Origin: Promethearchaeota archaeon
GTDB taxonomy: Archaea > Asgardarchaeota > Lokiarchaeia > Sigyniarchaeales > SOKP01
Reading direction: 5' to 3'
DNA length: 64,000 nt
Assembly (NCBI GenBank): GCA_011364925.1
Contig: RDOA01000008.1
Span: 32,001 to 96,000, forward strand
Made by a program: the position numbers and the translations under genes. Below are positions 49,273 to 58,677 of the stretch, in pieces (position 1 is the stretch's first letter; each line of letters starts with the position of its first letter). A model generated the notes under the pieces. It saw nothing but the letters and a program-made list of their open reading frames with translations. It was not told the DNA's origin and ran no database searches.

Positions 49273-50745
49273 CTAACCTTTTACAACCCCTATTGGTACT
49301 AGTCTTACAATTTTTTCTACTATTCCAAGGTCATGACTCACTTGTACTACCTGGTCTATATCTTTATACGCCCCTGGAGCTTCCTCAGCAATCACTTGAG
49401 GAGATGCAGCTTTTACGATTATCCCTTTTTCTTTCAAGTCTTCCTGAATTTTTGAACCCCAATAACTTTTTGTAGCTTTAGACCTCGACATAACTCTACC
49501 AGATCCATGAGCAGTAGATCCAAAGGATAGATCCATCGCTTTCGATTTTCCAACGCATAAATAGGAAGCTGATCCCATCGTTCCTGGAATTAGGGCGGGT
49601 TGTCCAATACTTTTATAATCAGAAGGCAAATCTGGATGCTCTGGTGGAAAGGCCCTCGTTGCACCTTTTCTATGAACATTTAATTTTATCTTTTTTCCAT
49701 CTATTTTGTGATCTTCAATCTTTAAAATATTGTGACAAACTCCGTAGATCAGATTGAAATCTAAATCATCAATCCCTTTTTTAAAGTGTTCATGAAAAGA
49801 TTCTCTAAGCCAGTGTGTGATTAACTGGCGATTACTAAAGCCAAAATTCGCTGCACATGCCATATTTTTTAAATATTTGACTGCTTCTGGAGTGTCAGCT
49901 GGAACGCAAGCTAGTTCTCTATCTGGTACCTTAATATTGTATTTTTTCATTGCTTGTTCTATATTTCGCAGAGAATCAGTGCACACTTGATGCCCTAGTG
50001 CTCTTGAACCAGTATGGATCATAACTGTAATTTGGTTTTTTTCAGTAATTCCTAGCTTTTTTGCAATGGGTTCGTTATAAATAGTATCAACCTTCTGGAT
50101 TTCAAGGAAATGATTTCCACTACCTAACGATCCTAGTTGTTTTATGGCTCTTTGTTTTGCTTTGTGAGAAATCAAGGACGAATCAGCATTATTTAAAAAA
50201 CCATTTTCTTCACAGTGTTTGATATCCTCTTTAATAGCATAGCCGTTATCAAACGCCCAATTCAATCCATTATCCAACACCTGATCTAAATCCGGATAAC
50301 TAATGTTTAATTTACCTTTACTTCCTAAACCAGAGGGAATTTTCCTAAAAATTGTATCTAATAATTCTGGAATTGATTTCTCAACCTCAGTTAACTGTAG
50401 ATTTGTTCTTAATAATCTTACACCACAGTTTATGTCATAACCCACTCCTCCGGGTGAAATCATGCCTGTTTCAGCATCCGTTCCCGCAACCCCTCCTATA
50501 CAAAACCCATAACCTTGATGAGCATCAGAAAGAGCAATTGCGTGTTTTTGTATTCCTGGAAGGCACGCAACATTACTAATCTGGTCTAAAGTTCTGTCAT
50601 TTTTGATTTTTTCTAAGATATATTCGTTAGCATATATATGGACTGGAACTTCCATTTGGAATTTTTCAATTTTTCCTTCTATTCTAGCCATCAATGCTTT
50701 TTTTGGAATTTCATAGATATTATCGGCAATTTTGTTCACATTCAT
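49273..50745 (-). CDS. rtcB: RNA 3'-phosphate/5'-OH ligase RtcB (tRNA splicing ligase)
   Basis: DAHQGYGFCIGG, GVGYDINCG, LGSGNHF, HTGSR, HN, HRKGAT, HGSGR, EEAPGAYK. Confidence 0.97.
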   Translation of the reverse strand: MNVNKIADNIYEIPKKALMARIEGKIEKFQMEVPVHIYANEYILEKIKNDRTLDQISNVACLPGIQKHAIALSDAHQGYGFCIGGVAGTDAETGMISPGGVGYDINCGVRLLRTNLQLTEVEKSIPELLDTIFRKIPSGLGSKGKLNISYPDLDQVLDNGLNWAFDNGYAIKEDIKHCEENGFLNNADSSLISHKAKQRAIKQLGSLGSGNHFLEIQKVDTIYNEPIAKKLGITEKNQITVMIHTGSRALGHQVCTDSLRNIEQAMKKYNIKVPDRELACVPADTPEAVKYLKNMACAANFGFSNRQLITHWLRESFHEHFKKGIDDLDFNLIYGVCHNILKIEDHKIDGKKIKLNVHRKGATRAFPPEHPDLPSDYKSIGQPALIPGTMGSASYLCVGKSKAMDLSFGSTAHGSGRVMSRSKATKSYWGSKIQEDLKEKGIIVKAASPQVIAEEAPGAYKDIDQVVQVSHDLGIVEKIVRLVPIGVVKG

Positions 50746-50847
50746 ATTATCTGTGATAGTGATGTTATTTTCATAAATTTTATGATTAATCGTCTAAACG
50801 CGATTATTATTATTAAAAACCAATCTTTTAAAAAAATATAAGGATGA

Positions 50848-51582
50848 TTATCTTACATCGATAAACTTTAAAAGACCTAAATCATCTAAATCATCGATAA
50901 TAACATCAATCTCTGCTTCGGGTACGCCCGCTTCTTCTGCTATATCAGCAATAGTGTGAAATCCGTCCGCTAAATGCGCTATTTTATACTGCTCCTCATT
51001 TAAAAAACCTTGAATAATCACCTGTGAAGGAAGACGTTTCGATGTCCAAGCTGGCTTTTGGTCCCGAACATTTCTTAAATCTGCCTCTGAGAGAACTAGA
51101 CCCTTTTTTTCAATCTGCTTTTGGGATTTTAGAAAATCTTTCTCAAAAATCTTCAAAATAGGTATCCTTAATGGAACTTCTGCCACATGACCGTCTTTTA
51201 ACATGACATCCATAACATTTTCAAATCCTTTGAATACTCTAATGTCTCCTGACCAACTCTCCATTAGATTTCCATATCTTTCAATGAATTTGTCAATAAT
51301 TCCACTAAGTACCTTATGGGTGATTTTTGCGTCGTCATTTTTATCCGCGGCAGCTGTACATAAGATCCCTTCCTTAAAGACTAGAAGAAGATAAAATACC
51401 TGCATATCAATGATTTTCAATTCACCCGATCCTTTCGAAAATTCTACTGAAAAGTCTTTTAGTGCCGTTAAAAAACCAGATACTAAATCTTGGTTAAACT
51501 CTATTGTTCCATATCTTCTATGAACCAAACAAATGCCCGTATAATTTGAAATTAAGTAAACATTGTGAAGGATAACAATCAA
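50848..51582 (-). CDS. longin domain + C-terminal winged helix protein (NPRL2-like architecture)
   Basis: VYLISNYTGICL...DLVSGFLTALKDF longin; C-terminal ADGFHTIADIAEEAGV...IIDDLDDLGLLKF wHTH. Confidence 0.78.
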   Translation of the reverse strand: MIVILHNVYLISNYTGICLVHRRYGTIEFNQDLVSGFLTALKDFSVEFSKGSGELKIIDMQVFYLLLVFKEGILCTAAADKNDDAKITHKVLSGIIDKFIERYGNLMESWSGDIRVFKGFENVMDVMLKDGHVAEVPLRIPILKIFEKDFLKSQKQIEKKGLVLSEADLRNVRDQKPAWTSKRLPSQVIIQGFLNEEQYKIAHLADGFHTIADIAEEAGVPEAEIDVIIDDLDDLGLLKFIDVR

Positions 51583-51797
51583 CTCCTTAAAGCAAAATGA
51601 ACTTGTTTTCTATTATTTATATAAATTTTAATAATTTATATCTTCTTTTTTTGTTATTGTCGTTTTAAAATGAAGAAGTGAACGTAGAAGAATATCATTA
51701 ATATTAATTTGAACCAAAAGATTTACCTCCTATCCCTAAAAAAATTGAAATTTAAGGATACATAATTATTAAATATTGAATACAACAAGGGAATTAA

Positions 51798-52112
51798 ATG
51801 GACTATTATATATTTTTTGTTACAGTTCCAAATATAGAAGAGGGTAAAAAAATAGCAAACATATTGGTTGAAAGCAGGCTGGCCGCTTGTGCAAACATAA
51901 TACAAGATGTTTTTTCAATTTATAGATGGAAAGGAAATATAGAAAGAGAAAATGAATTATTGCTAATTCTTAAGACAACTGAAGAAAATTGTAATCATCT
52001 GATACAAAAAGTTAGAGAAGTTCATAGTTACTCAAATCCGGAATGCGTAGCTTTCAAAATTGAAAAGGGTTCGACGGACTATTTAGACTGGATTAAAGAA
52101 AATGTGTGTTAA
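51798..52112 (+). CDS. cutA: divalent-cation tolerance protein CutA
   Basis: LVESRLAACANI, SIYRWKG.IE, LKT, HSYSNPE. Confidence 0.94.
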   Translation: MDYYIFFVTVPNIEEGKKIANILVESRLAACANIIQDVFSIYRWKGNIERENELLLILKTTEENCNHLIQKVREVHSYSNPECVAFKIEKGSTDYLDWIKENVC

Positions 52113-52127
52113 AATATACCACTAACT

Positions 52128-52949
52128 ATGTTAACAATGATATCTGACATCTTTCAATTGGATTGGATTACAATTGATATCTATATAATTATTTTACTAA
52201 TTGTATTGTTAATCGGGGCAAAAATACTGAAAGAAGTATATCGATGGAGATTCTTTTTTTCCATAACTTCCACCTATCGAAGAGTTGATTACTTTGTGGA
52301 CATTAATCCTAAAAGTTCTTCTGTTCCTATAAAAAAGTGCTCTTTAACTATGTCTAGCAAAATTAAGCAAGAAAAGTTAACTAAACCAACAATTTTTTTA
52401 ATAACAAGAAATCGAAAACCCATGTTGCTAAAAGCTCTTACAGAAGCGCTTTGTACATTTGGATATGTTGTAATAACTATTACAATAAGGGCTTTTACTG
52501 ACATCAGAAAATACCAAATTACTCCAGAAAACGAACAAGAGCTAATTGACGCAATACCCTCAATTTTAAAGTTTTATAGCATTGATGTTGATATTGGAAG
52601 TAATAGATGCACCATTATTAATATTAGTAAAAATATTTTACCCTATTTTTTACTTTTAAAGAATTTAGACTGTATAAGTCTAATTTTAATTAATCCTCAA
52701 ATAAATTCCTTTGACTTGGATAGTTTAAAGATATTACTAAGCAATTTTAACAGACATATTCAACTGATTACGGTATTCAGTGAAAAATTACATTTAATGG
52801 TAAAAAATAAGAATATCAAAAAGATTTTATCTATTAATGTCTCATTAAATAACACCACCTATTCTATAATTCAAAAAGCCAAAAGCACATTTAAAAATCA
52901 CGAAACAGTGCTCTTAAGTACAATAATAAGATATATTGAAAAGCAATAA
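52128..52949 (+). CDS. membrane-anchored protein with degenerate alpha/beta-hydrolase-like fold
   Basis: N-terminal TM; LTEALCTFGYVVITI; no GxSxG. Confidence 0.55.
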   Translation: MLTMISDIFQLDWITIDIYIIILLIVLLIGAKILKEVYRWRFFFSITSTYRRVDYFVDINPKSSSVPIKKCSLTMSSKIKQEKLTKPTIFLITRNRKPMLLKALTEALCTFGYVVITITIRAFTDIRKYQITPENEQELIDAIPSILKFYSIDVDIGSNRCTIINISKNILPYFLLLKNLDCISLILINPQINSFDLDSLKILLSNFNRHIQLITVFSEKLHLMVKNKNIKKILSINVSLNNTTYSIIQKAKSTFKNHETVLLSTIIRYIEKQ

Positions 52950-53682
52950 ACAAACTAAATATTCTAAATTTCTGATGAATAGAAATAGAATTCTAAGGGA
53001 TCATTATAATACGGTTATATATTCTAAACAGCATATGGATTTACTCTGGGAAAAAAGATACCGCACTAAAATTCTACTTTCCATGTTCGTTAAGGAGGGT
53101 TTGAATCCATTTACTTATGGTAGTATTGCTCGTGGTGATATCCATAGGGATAGTGATATTGATATTGTACTTACCCAATCAATTCCACCATTTCAAATAG
53201 AAATAATCCTCGATAAGAACGGTATTAATAATTATCACAGAGAGATAATAATGGCAACTCCTACTGACACATTGAAGCTCTACATCTACTTAAACGAGTT
53301 AGAGAGCATTACAATTCCACTATCTAAGTTTGATAAACGATCGCTAGAGTTCTACGATTTTGGAGGGAAGACCAATTTAAGCCAAATAGAAAATGATATA
53401 AGAGTACCTGGAATCGATAAGAGATTAGTTTTCATTCAACCCCTTCATAATGGACATGAAGAATATTCGATAATTGGAAATGAACATATCGCAGCAAAGC
53501 AATTACACGTGAGTATTGATTTGATTAATGAAAGAAAGAATGTATTATTAAAGAGAGAGAGATTTGGAAAAACTGGTGTATTTTTAAAGAAACCAATTAA
53601 TATAAATGAAAGTATAGAAGATGCCTTGAAGAGTTTAGCTTCCAAGAAATCAATAGTAAGAAAAAAGTTGAGACAGAGATGA
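52936..53682 (+). CDS. archaeal predicted nucleotidyltransferase (COG2413-like)
   Basis: YGSIARGDIHRDSDIDIV, EFYDFGG, RVPGIDKRL, R...GKTGVF. Confidence 0.88.
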   Translation: MKSNKQTKYSKFLMNRNRILRDHYNTVIYSKQHMDLLWEKRYRTKILLSMFVKEGLNPFTYGSIARGDIHRDSDIDIVLTQSIPPFQIEIILDKNGINNYHREIIMATPTDTLKLYIYLNELESITIPLSKFDKRSLEFYDFGGKTNLSQIENDIRVPGIDKRLVFIQPLHNGHEEYSIIGNEHIAAKQLHVSIDLINERKNVLLKRERFGKTGVFLKKPININESIEDALKSLASKKSIVRKKLRQR

Positions 53683-54830
53683 GAGAACCCACAGTTATAG
53701 AATCAAACGCAAACACATTTTACTTGAAGAAAAGGAGTATTCCTAAAGGATGCCAACAATGCTTACAAGGTGCTAAAGCAGTACTATTTCTTAACGGAAT
53801 CTGTCAAAATCCAAATCATTGTTCGTGGTATTGCCCAATCTCTGAAAATAGAAAAGGAAAAAAAGACACCTACATAAATGAGACTCAGATCTCTTCTAAG
53901 GAGCAAATACTAAAAGAACTTGAACTTATTAATGCGAAAGGTTTGAGCATTACGGGTGGAGATCCTTTATTTGAACCAAACTTAATAAACACATTGGATT
54001 ATATAAAATTTATCAAAAATAGTAAAGGAAATAATTTTCACATCCACCTTTATACTAATGGTCTTAATTTTGACGAAGAAATCGCCAAAAAACTCGCTCA
54101 GGCAGGATTAGACGAAATCAGGTTCAATCCCCCTAAAGAGCACTGGAAAGTAATTAAATACGCCCTAAACAAAGGTATGGTTGTAGGCGCTGAAGTTCCT
54201 GTTATTCCAAATGTGAAGAAATTAGAAGATTTGAAGGAATTTATCTTTTATTTAGATAATCTAGGTGCAGATTTTATTAATTTAAACGAATTTGAATATT
54301 GCTTTCCTAATAGTCAAAACCTTAAAAATCAAGGATATTTTCTAGAAGAAGGCACAATAGCATCTGTTAAGAACAGTAAAAAAAGTGCGATTTCCCTTTT
54401 AAAAGAAATCGCTCCAAAAGTTTCACTACAAATTCATTTTTGTACTATTCGAGCAAAAGATTATTGGCAATTGAAAGAAAGGTATCTAAGACGAGCAAAA
54501 TCGATTAAACTACCTTACGAGCAAATTACAAGTGAAGGTTTACTATTATATGCTCAAATAGAAGGAAAACGAGGAGAAATTAAGGATTTTTCTACAGTGT
54601 TATTAAATGAATTAAAATTTCCTCGAAAATTTATATCTTATGACGAAGATTATGTTAGATTACCAATCTGGATGGCGATCAGGGAATCTTTCATCGATTT
54701 AATAGATAAGTATAATTTAAAAGGATATATCGTAGAAATTACTCCGTTTAGAGATGATCGATACCGACAAATAACAGAAAAAACACCTATAAGGCTATTC
54801 AAAAAAGAGATGGGTTTAAATGAAGATTGA
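53679..54830 (+). CDS. radical SAM protein (COG2108-like)
   Basis: PKGCQQC, GICQNPNHCSWYCPIS, SITGGDP, HIHLYT, GLDEIRF, NLNE. Confidence 0.85.
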   Translation: MREPTVIESNANTFYLKKRSIPKGCQQCLQGAKAVLFLNGICQNPNHCSWYCPISENRKGKKDTYINETQISSKEQILKELELINAKGLSITGGDPLFEPNLINTLDYIKFIKNSKGNNFHIHLYTNGLNFDEEIAKKLAQAGLDEIRFNPPKEHWKVIKYALNKGMVVGAEVPVIPNVKKLEDLKEFIFYLDNLGADFINLNEFEYCFPNSQNLKNQGYFLEEGTIASVKNSKKSAISLLKEIAPKVSLQIHFCTIRAKDYWQLKERYLRRAKSIKLPYEQITSEGLLLYAQIEGKRGEIKDFSTVLLNELKFPRKFISYDEDYVRLPIWMAIRESFIDLIDKYNLKGYIVEITPFRDDRYRQITEKTPIRLFKKEMGLNED

Positions 54831-55266
54831 TAATGTAGATCTTAAAGATTTAGACGAGATATACGATCTAGAAAGAAGAACTTTTAAAAAGGATGCTTTT
54901 TCTAAAAAGCTGATTCTGAATTTAATCGTGAAAAATACTTTTTTTTTCAAGCTTGTTGATGGCGAAAGTCAGAATAATATTGTTGGATTCATCATAATTA
55001 TACAAGATCGAGAAGATAGAGTGAATTTGGTTAACTTTCTAATCGAGAAAAAACATCAAAAAAAAGGTTGTGCCACTTATTTACTAAACTTTACAATATC
55101 AAAAATAAAACAATTGGATAAAATTAAATCAATCGTATTAAATGTGAACTCTAAAAATGAAGTTGCCATAAATTTGTATCAGAAATTGAACTTTCGAATC
55201 GTTCAGAAAATAGAAAACTACTATCGGCAAAAAGAGAGTGCATACTTGATGGTATTGAACATTTAA
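54820..55266 (+). CDS. GNAT N-acetyltransferase (RimI/Ard1-like)
   Basis: QKKG.AT.LL, LNVNSKNEVAINLYQK.NF, NYY. Confidence 0.88.
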   Translation: MKIDNVDLKDLDEIYDLERRTFKKDAFSKKLILNLIVKNTFFFKLVDGESQNNIVGFIIIIQDREDRVNLVNFLIEKKHQKKGCATYLLNFTISKIKQLDKIKSIVLNVNSKNEVAINLYQKLNFRIVQKIENYYRQKESAYLMVLNI

Positions 55267-55374
55267 TCTTTTTCTAAAAACCAAGACTTATAAATAAATT
55301 CTATTATAAATTTTGTATAGAACCTATTGAAAATTTGCTCAAAAAAGGAAATTAAATAAGAGTGTTGAGGTAAA

Positions 55375-55530
55375 ATGACCCCATTAGGTGAGGAATTAAA
55401 AGAAGAAATCAAAAGAGGCGTTACGCTCCAAAAGGTTGACGAAGAAGACATGAGAAAACGCGAAGAAGAGAAAAAGCGACGAATGGAAGAATTAGAAAAA
55501 GTCAAAGAAGCCTTAGGAGCAAAAGATTAA
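55375..55530 (+). CDS. 51-aa WH2-like microprotein (not in ORF track)
   Basis: MTPLGEELKEEIKRGVTLQKVDEEDMRKREEEKKRRMEELEKVKEALGAKD*; GAGGT just upstream, TATA-like TTATAAA upstream, T-rich terminator downstream. Confidence 0.75.
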   Translation: MTPLGEELKEEIKRGVTLQKVDEEDMRKREEEKKRRMEELEKVKEALGAKD

Positions 55531-55540
55531 AGTATTTGTG

Positions 55541-55573
55541 TTTTTCGTATTTTTATTTTTTTTCTTTATTTTA
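55541..55573 (+). terminator. archaeal T-rich terminator
   Basis: TTTTTCGTATTTTTATTTTTTTTCTTTATTTT directly after the microprotein stop. Confidence 0.55.
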
Positions 55574-55677
55574 ATGAAAAGACAGACTTAGGTGCAATTT
55601 AACTTCTTATTAACATTATAACATTTATAGATAAGCAATAGTTGTGCAAAATTGAATTTAGGAGTTGGATTTCGTAC

Positions 55678-56751
55678 TTGAGAATTCTGGAGATTGATGA
55701 AAAAAACGAGATTATTTCAGTAAGAGCTGAAGATTTAAATGACTTATGGACATTGTATAATGTCATTGATAAGAACGATGAAGTGTCAGCTAGAACTCAA
55801 AGAAGAATTGTACTAAAAGAAGGTTCAAAAGGAGAAAGAAAGCAAATGCACTTGAAACTTAATGTTGAATCTGTCTCTTTCCATGAATTTACAAACAGGT
55901 TAAGGGTAAAAGGGACTATTTTAGAGGGTCCAGAAGATTTCGTTACGTTCGGAACCTATCATACATTCAATATAGAACCTGGACAGAAGTTGTCAATTAA
56001 AAAGGAGAAATGGCTAAAGAGCGAAATTAAACGCCTTAAAAAGGCATCCATTTTCGAAAGTGATTTTAATATGGTAATAGTAGCAATTGAAACGGGATTA
56101 GCAACTATAGCTCTTATTACAAACTTCAGTCATAACAGGATTGCGACAATAAAGAAAAATATACCAGGAAAGAGATACGAACAATCGTTCAGAAATAAAG
56201 CTATAGAAGAATTTTTTTTAGACATCAGCAAAGTTCTTAATGAAAATCTTAAGCGTGTTAATACTAAAGCACTAGTAATATGTGGTCCAGGAAATACGAA
56301 GGAGCGTTTTGGTCAATTCTTTAAAGAGAAAAGTTTAATTCCAAATTTACCAAAAACCTATTTCGTCCAAGCTAGTTCTGGAACGGAGAGCGCTATTTTA
56401 GAAACTATGAAGTCAAAAGAATTAAAGAATCTGAAGGAACATGTAAAAGTTATACTGGAAACCGAGAAAATTGAAGACATTATGCAATTATTTTCAACAA
56501 ATTCAGATCTTATTGCGATTGGCTTTAACGAAATATCCAACGCAATTGAAAAAGGTGCTATTAAGGAATTGTTTTGCGTTGATGTTTTAATTAGAGGAGT
56601 ATCGAAAGAAGAAAAATTACAAATCGAGCAAATCCTAAATGGAGTTGAAAAAATCGGTGGAGAAATTCATATTTTAAGTAGTGAACACCCTACGGGACAA
56701 CAAATAATTGATTTAGGATCTCTCGTAGCTATTTTAAGGTATAAAATTTAG
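55678..56751 (+). CDS. pelA: pelota/Dom34 ribosome rescue factor
   Basis: EDLNDLWTLYNVI, FHEFTNRLRVKG.I, GTYHT, IPGKRY, GPGNTK, LVAILRY; likely start TTG 55678 after AGGAG. Confidence 0.94.
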   Translation: MRILEIDEKNEIISVRAEDLNDLWTLYNVIDKNDEVSARTQRRIVLKEGSKGERKQMHLKLNVESVSFHEFTNRLRVKGTILEGPEDFVTFGTYHTFNIEPGQKLSIKKEKWLKSEIKRLKKASIFESDFNMVIVAIETGLATIALITNFSHNRIATIKKNIPGKRYEQSFRNKAIEEFFLDISKVLNENLKRVNTKALVICGPGNTKERFGQFFKEKSLIPNLPKTYFVQASSGTESAILETMKSKELKNLKEHVKVILETEKIEDIMQLFSTNSDLIAIGFNEISNAIEKGAIKELFCVDVLIRGVSKEEKLQIEQILNGVEKIGGEIHILSSEHPTGQQIIDLGSLVAILRYKI

Positions 56752-56769
56752 AAATCAAATCTTATTATT

Positions 56770-57819
56770 TTGGTCACGATTGTGAGTGAAGAAATTAAAT
56801 ACTTAGATAAAAATTCAGAGATACCCTTAATGGGTGTAGATTTTCTTGGAGTTATTGATAGAGGGACAAATATCATCGAACTTAAACCCCTAACACTCTG
56901 CAATTTACGATGTAAATATTGTTTTGTTAGTTCAGGCGATTATTCTACTAACTTTATCGTTAATTCACAATTTCTAGTCGAAAAAGTTAAAGAAACTGCT
57001 AAAATAAAGGGAAACTATGATCTTGAAATACATATCGCTCCTTACGGTGAAATGCTACTTTATAGAGAATTATATGATCTATTAGGTAGCTTGTCAGAAA
57101 TAAAAGGTATATCAATAATATCAATGCAAACTAATGGATTGTTATTGACTAAAAAAGCTATTGAAAGATTAAAAGAAAGCAAACTTACGAGAATTAACAT
57201 CAGTTTAAATAGCTTAAAAGAAGAATATGCCTCTTATTTATGCAATTGTGCTCATTATGATGTTGAAAAACTAATCAAGAATATTTATTCTCTCCTGAAT
57301 AGCAATATCCAAGTATTAGTAGCACCAATTTGGTTTCCAGGAGAGAACGAAAAAGATATAGAAGAAATCATAGAGTTAGTCCTCAAATTAAGAAGTGAAG
57401 GTTTTTCAAAACAACAAGTTCAAATCGGAATTCAGAAGTATTTGATTTATAAAACAGGTAGAACTCTAAAGAAAATACAACCAAAATCGTGGGACTATTT
57501 TTACCGACAATTATCACGATTAGAAAAGAAGTATGACATAAAATTGAAACTTGGACCAAGAGATTTTGGCATACATAAAAGAACGCAAGTTCCCAGTTTG
57601 AATCTTAAAAAAAACGACCTGCTAAATGTAAAAATCGTCTCAAGGGGTCGATGGTTAAACGAGTGTATTGGAAAAATCAACGATAACCAAGGAATTAAAA
57701 TCCTTTTGAAAAAACCAGTTGTTTTTTCCGAAGAATTAGTAGGTAAAGTCATTGTAGCAAAAGTTATTAAAGCAAACTATAGAGATAATATACTTACAGC
57801 TTTATTTCCATACAAATAA
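56770..57819 (+). CDS. radical SAM protein with C-terminal TRAM-like domain (COG2100-like)
   Basis: IPLMG..FLGVIDRGTN, CNLRCKYC, SMQTNG, GIQKYL.YKTGR. Confidence 0.88.
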   Translation: MVTIVSEEIKYLDKNSEIPLMGVDFLGVIDRGTNIIELKPLTLCNLRCKYCFVSSGDYSTNFIVNSQFLVEKVKETAKIKGNYDLEIHIAPYGEMLLYRELYDLLGSLSEIKGISIISMQTNGLLLTKKAIERLKESKLTRINISLNSLKEEYASYLCNCAHYDVEKLIKNIYSLLNSNIQVLVAPIWFPGENEKDIEEIIELVLKLRSEGFSKQQVQIGIQKYLIYKTGRTLKKIQPKSWDYFYRQLSRLEKKYDIKLKLGPRDFGIHKRTQVPSLNLKKNDLLNVKIVSRGRWLNECIGKINDNQGIKILLKKPVVFSEELVGKVIVAKVIKANYRDNILTALFPYK

Positions 57820-57914
57820 TTGGTAAGTAAAAAGACTAAATATTATAATTATGAATTTACATATGAATTATATCTTATATCATTTTTAATTAGAATTAAG
57901 TTGGATTGATTAAA

Positions 57915-58538
57915 ATGAGCCCAATTATTACACATGAAGACGAACTTGAATTAGCCGACATGGAAAAAGAATTAGCAAATCAAATAAAAAAATTAGCCAA
58001 AGCCCAGAGCGCTTTAATCGATTCTCAAAAAAAATACGCCGATAATTTGAGAAAAGCAAATTTAGCTAGAGATATGTTAAATAGGTCTTTTCGAGATGTA
58101 CTGAAACAAATGCAAACACTGGTAAGAGAGAGAAAGTCTAATATCAAAGATGAAGAAGTCAATTACTTTCAAGACATTATCCATAAAAATGACGAATACA
58201 TTACTGTTAATAATAAATATATCGACGCAATAAAAGATCTTGCAACCAAAAAGGATTACTTGGTGGAAAAAAAATACGAGTTTGCTGACGCTTTAAGCGA
58301 AGTGGCTAGTACGCGAGGTGTAGTTATTAAAAAAGCGTTGTCTGTAGAAAAAAAGAAGAATGATTTAATTGAGGGAGAAAAAATGAAAATTTTAGAATCT
58401 GAATTGAACGATCTTCAAAGAGAGTTTGATCGCGCACGAGATGTGCTGCTTAAAAAGATTAGTCAATTTCTTCAGGTCAAAGACGAAGTAGATGAACTCT
58501 GGGTCAATTTAAAAAAATCAGTTGATAAATCTAGCTAA
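57915..58538 (+). CDS. all-helical coiled-coil protein, BAR (Vps5/SNX)-like
   Basis: ~207 aa of continuous heptads, no Pro after residue 3; C-terminal EKMKILESELNDLQREFDRARDVLLKKISQF...ELW resembles helix 3 of SNX-BAR; likely start ATG 57915. Confidence 0.6.
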   Translation: MSPIITHEDELELADMEKELANQIKKLAKAQSALIDSQKKYADNLRKANLARDMLNRSFRDVLKQMQTLVRERKSNIKDEEVNYFQDIIHKNDEYITVNNKYIDAIKDLATKKDYLVEKKYEFADALSEVASTRGVVIKKALSVEKKKNDLIEGEKMKILESELNDLQREFDRARDVLLKKISQFLQVKDEVDELWVNLKKSVDKSS

Positions 58539-58677
58539 CAGTAGTTTTACTTTTTTTTAACTTTTATTTTTTGATTAAAATGTTTTGTATGAGCTTAAAT
58601 TTATTAAACAGTGCAAATATATAATATTTAGAAAATTTACTAGGATATATCGTCAAAATTAAAATGGAGAAAGTAAA

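Noticed and set aside
55263-55505. 80-aa minus-strand ORF from the track
   Set aside because: Ser/Phe-rich antisense shadow of the Glu/Lys-rich plus-strand microprotein, which has the SD-like signal and terminator
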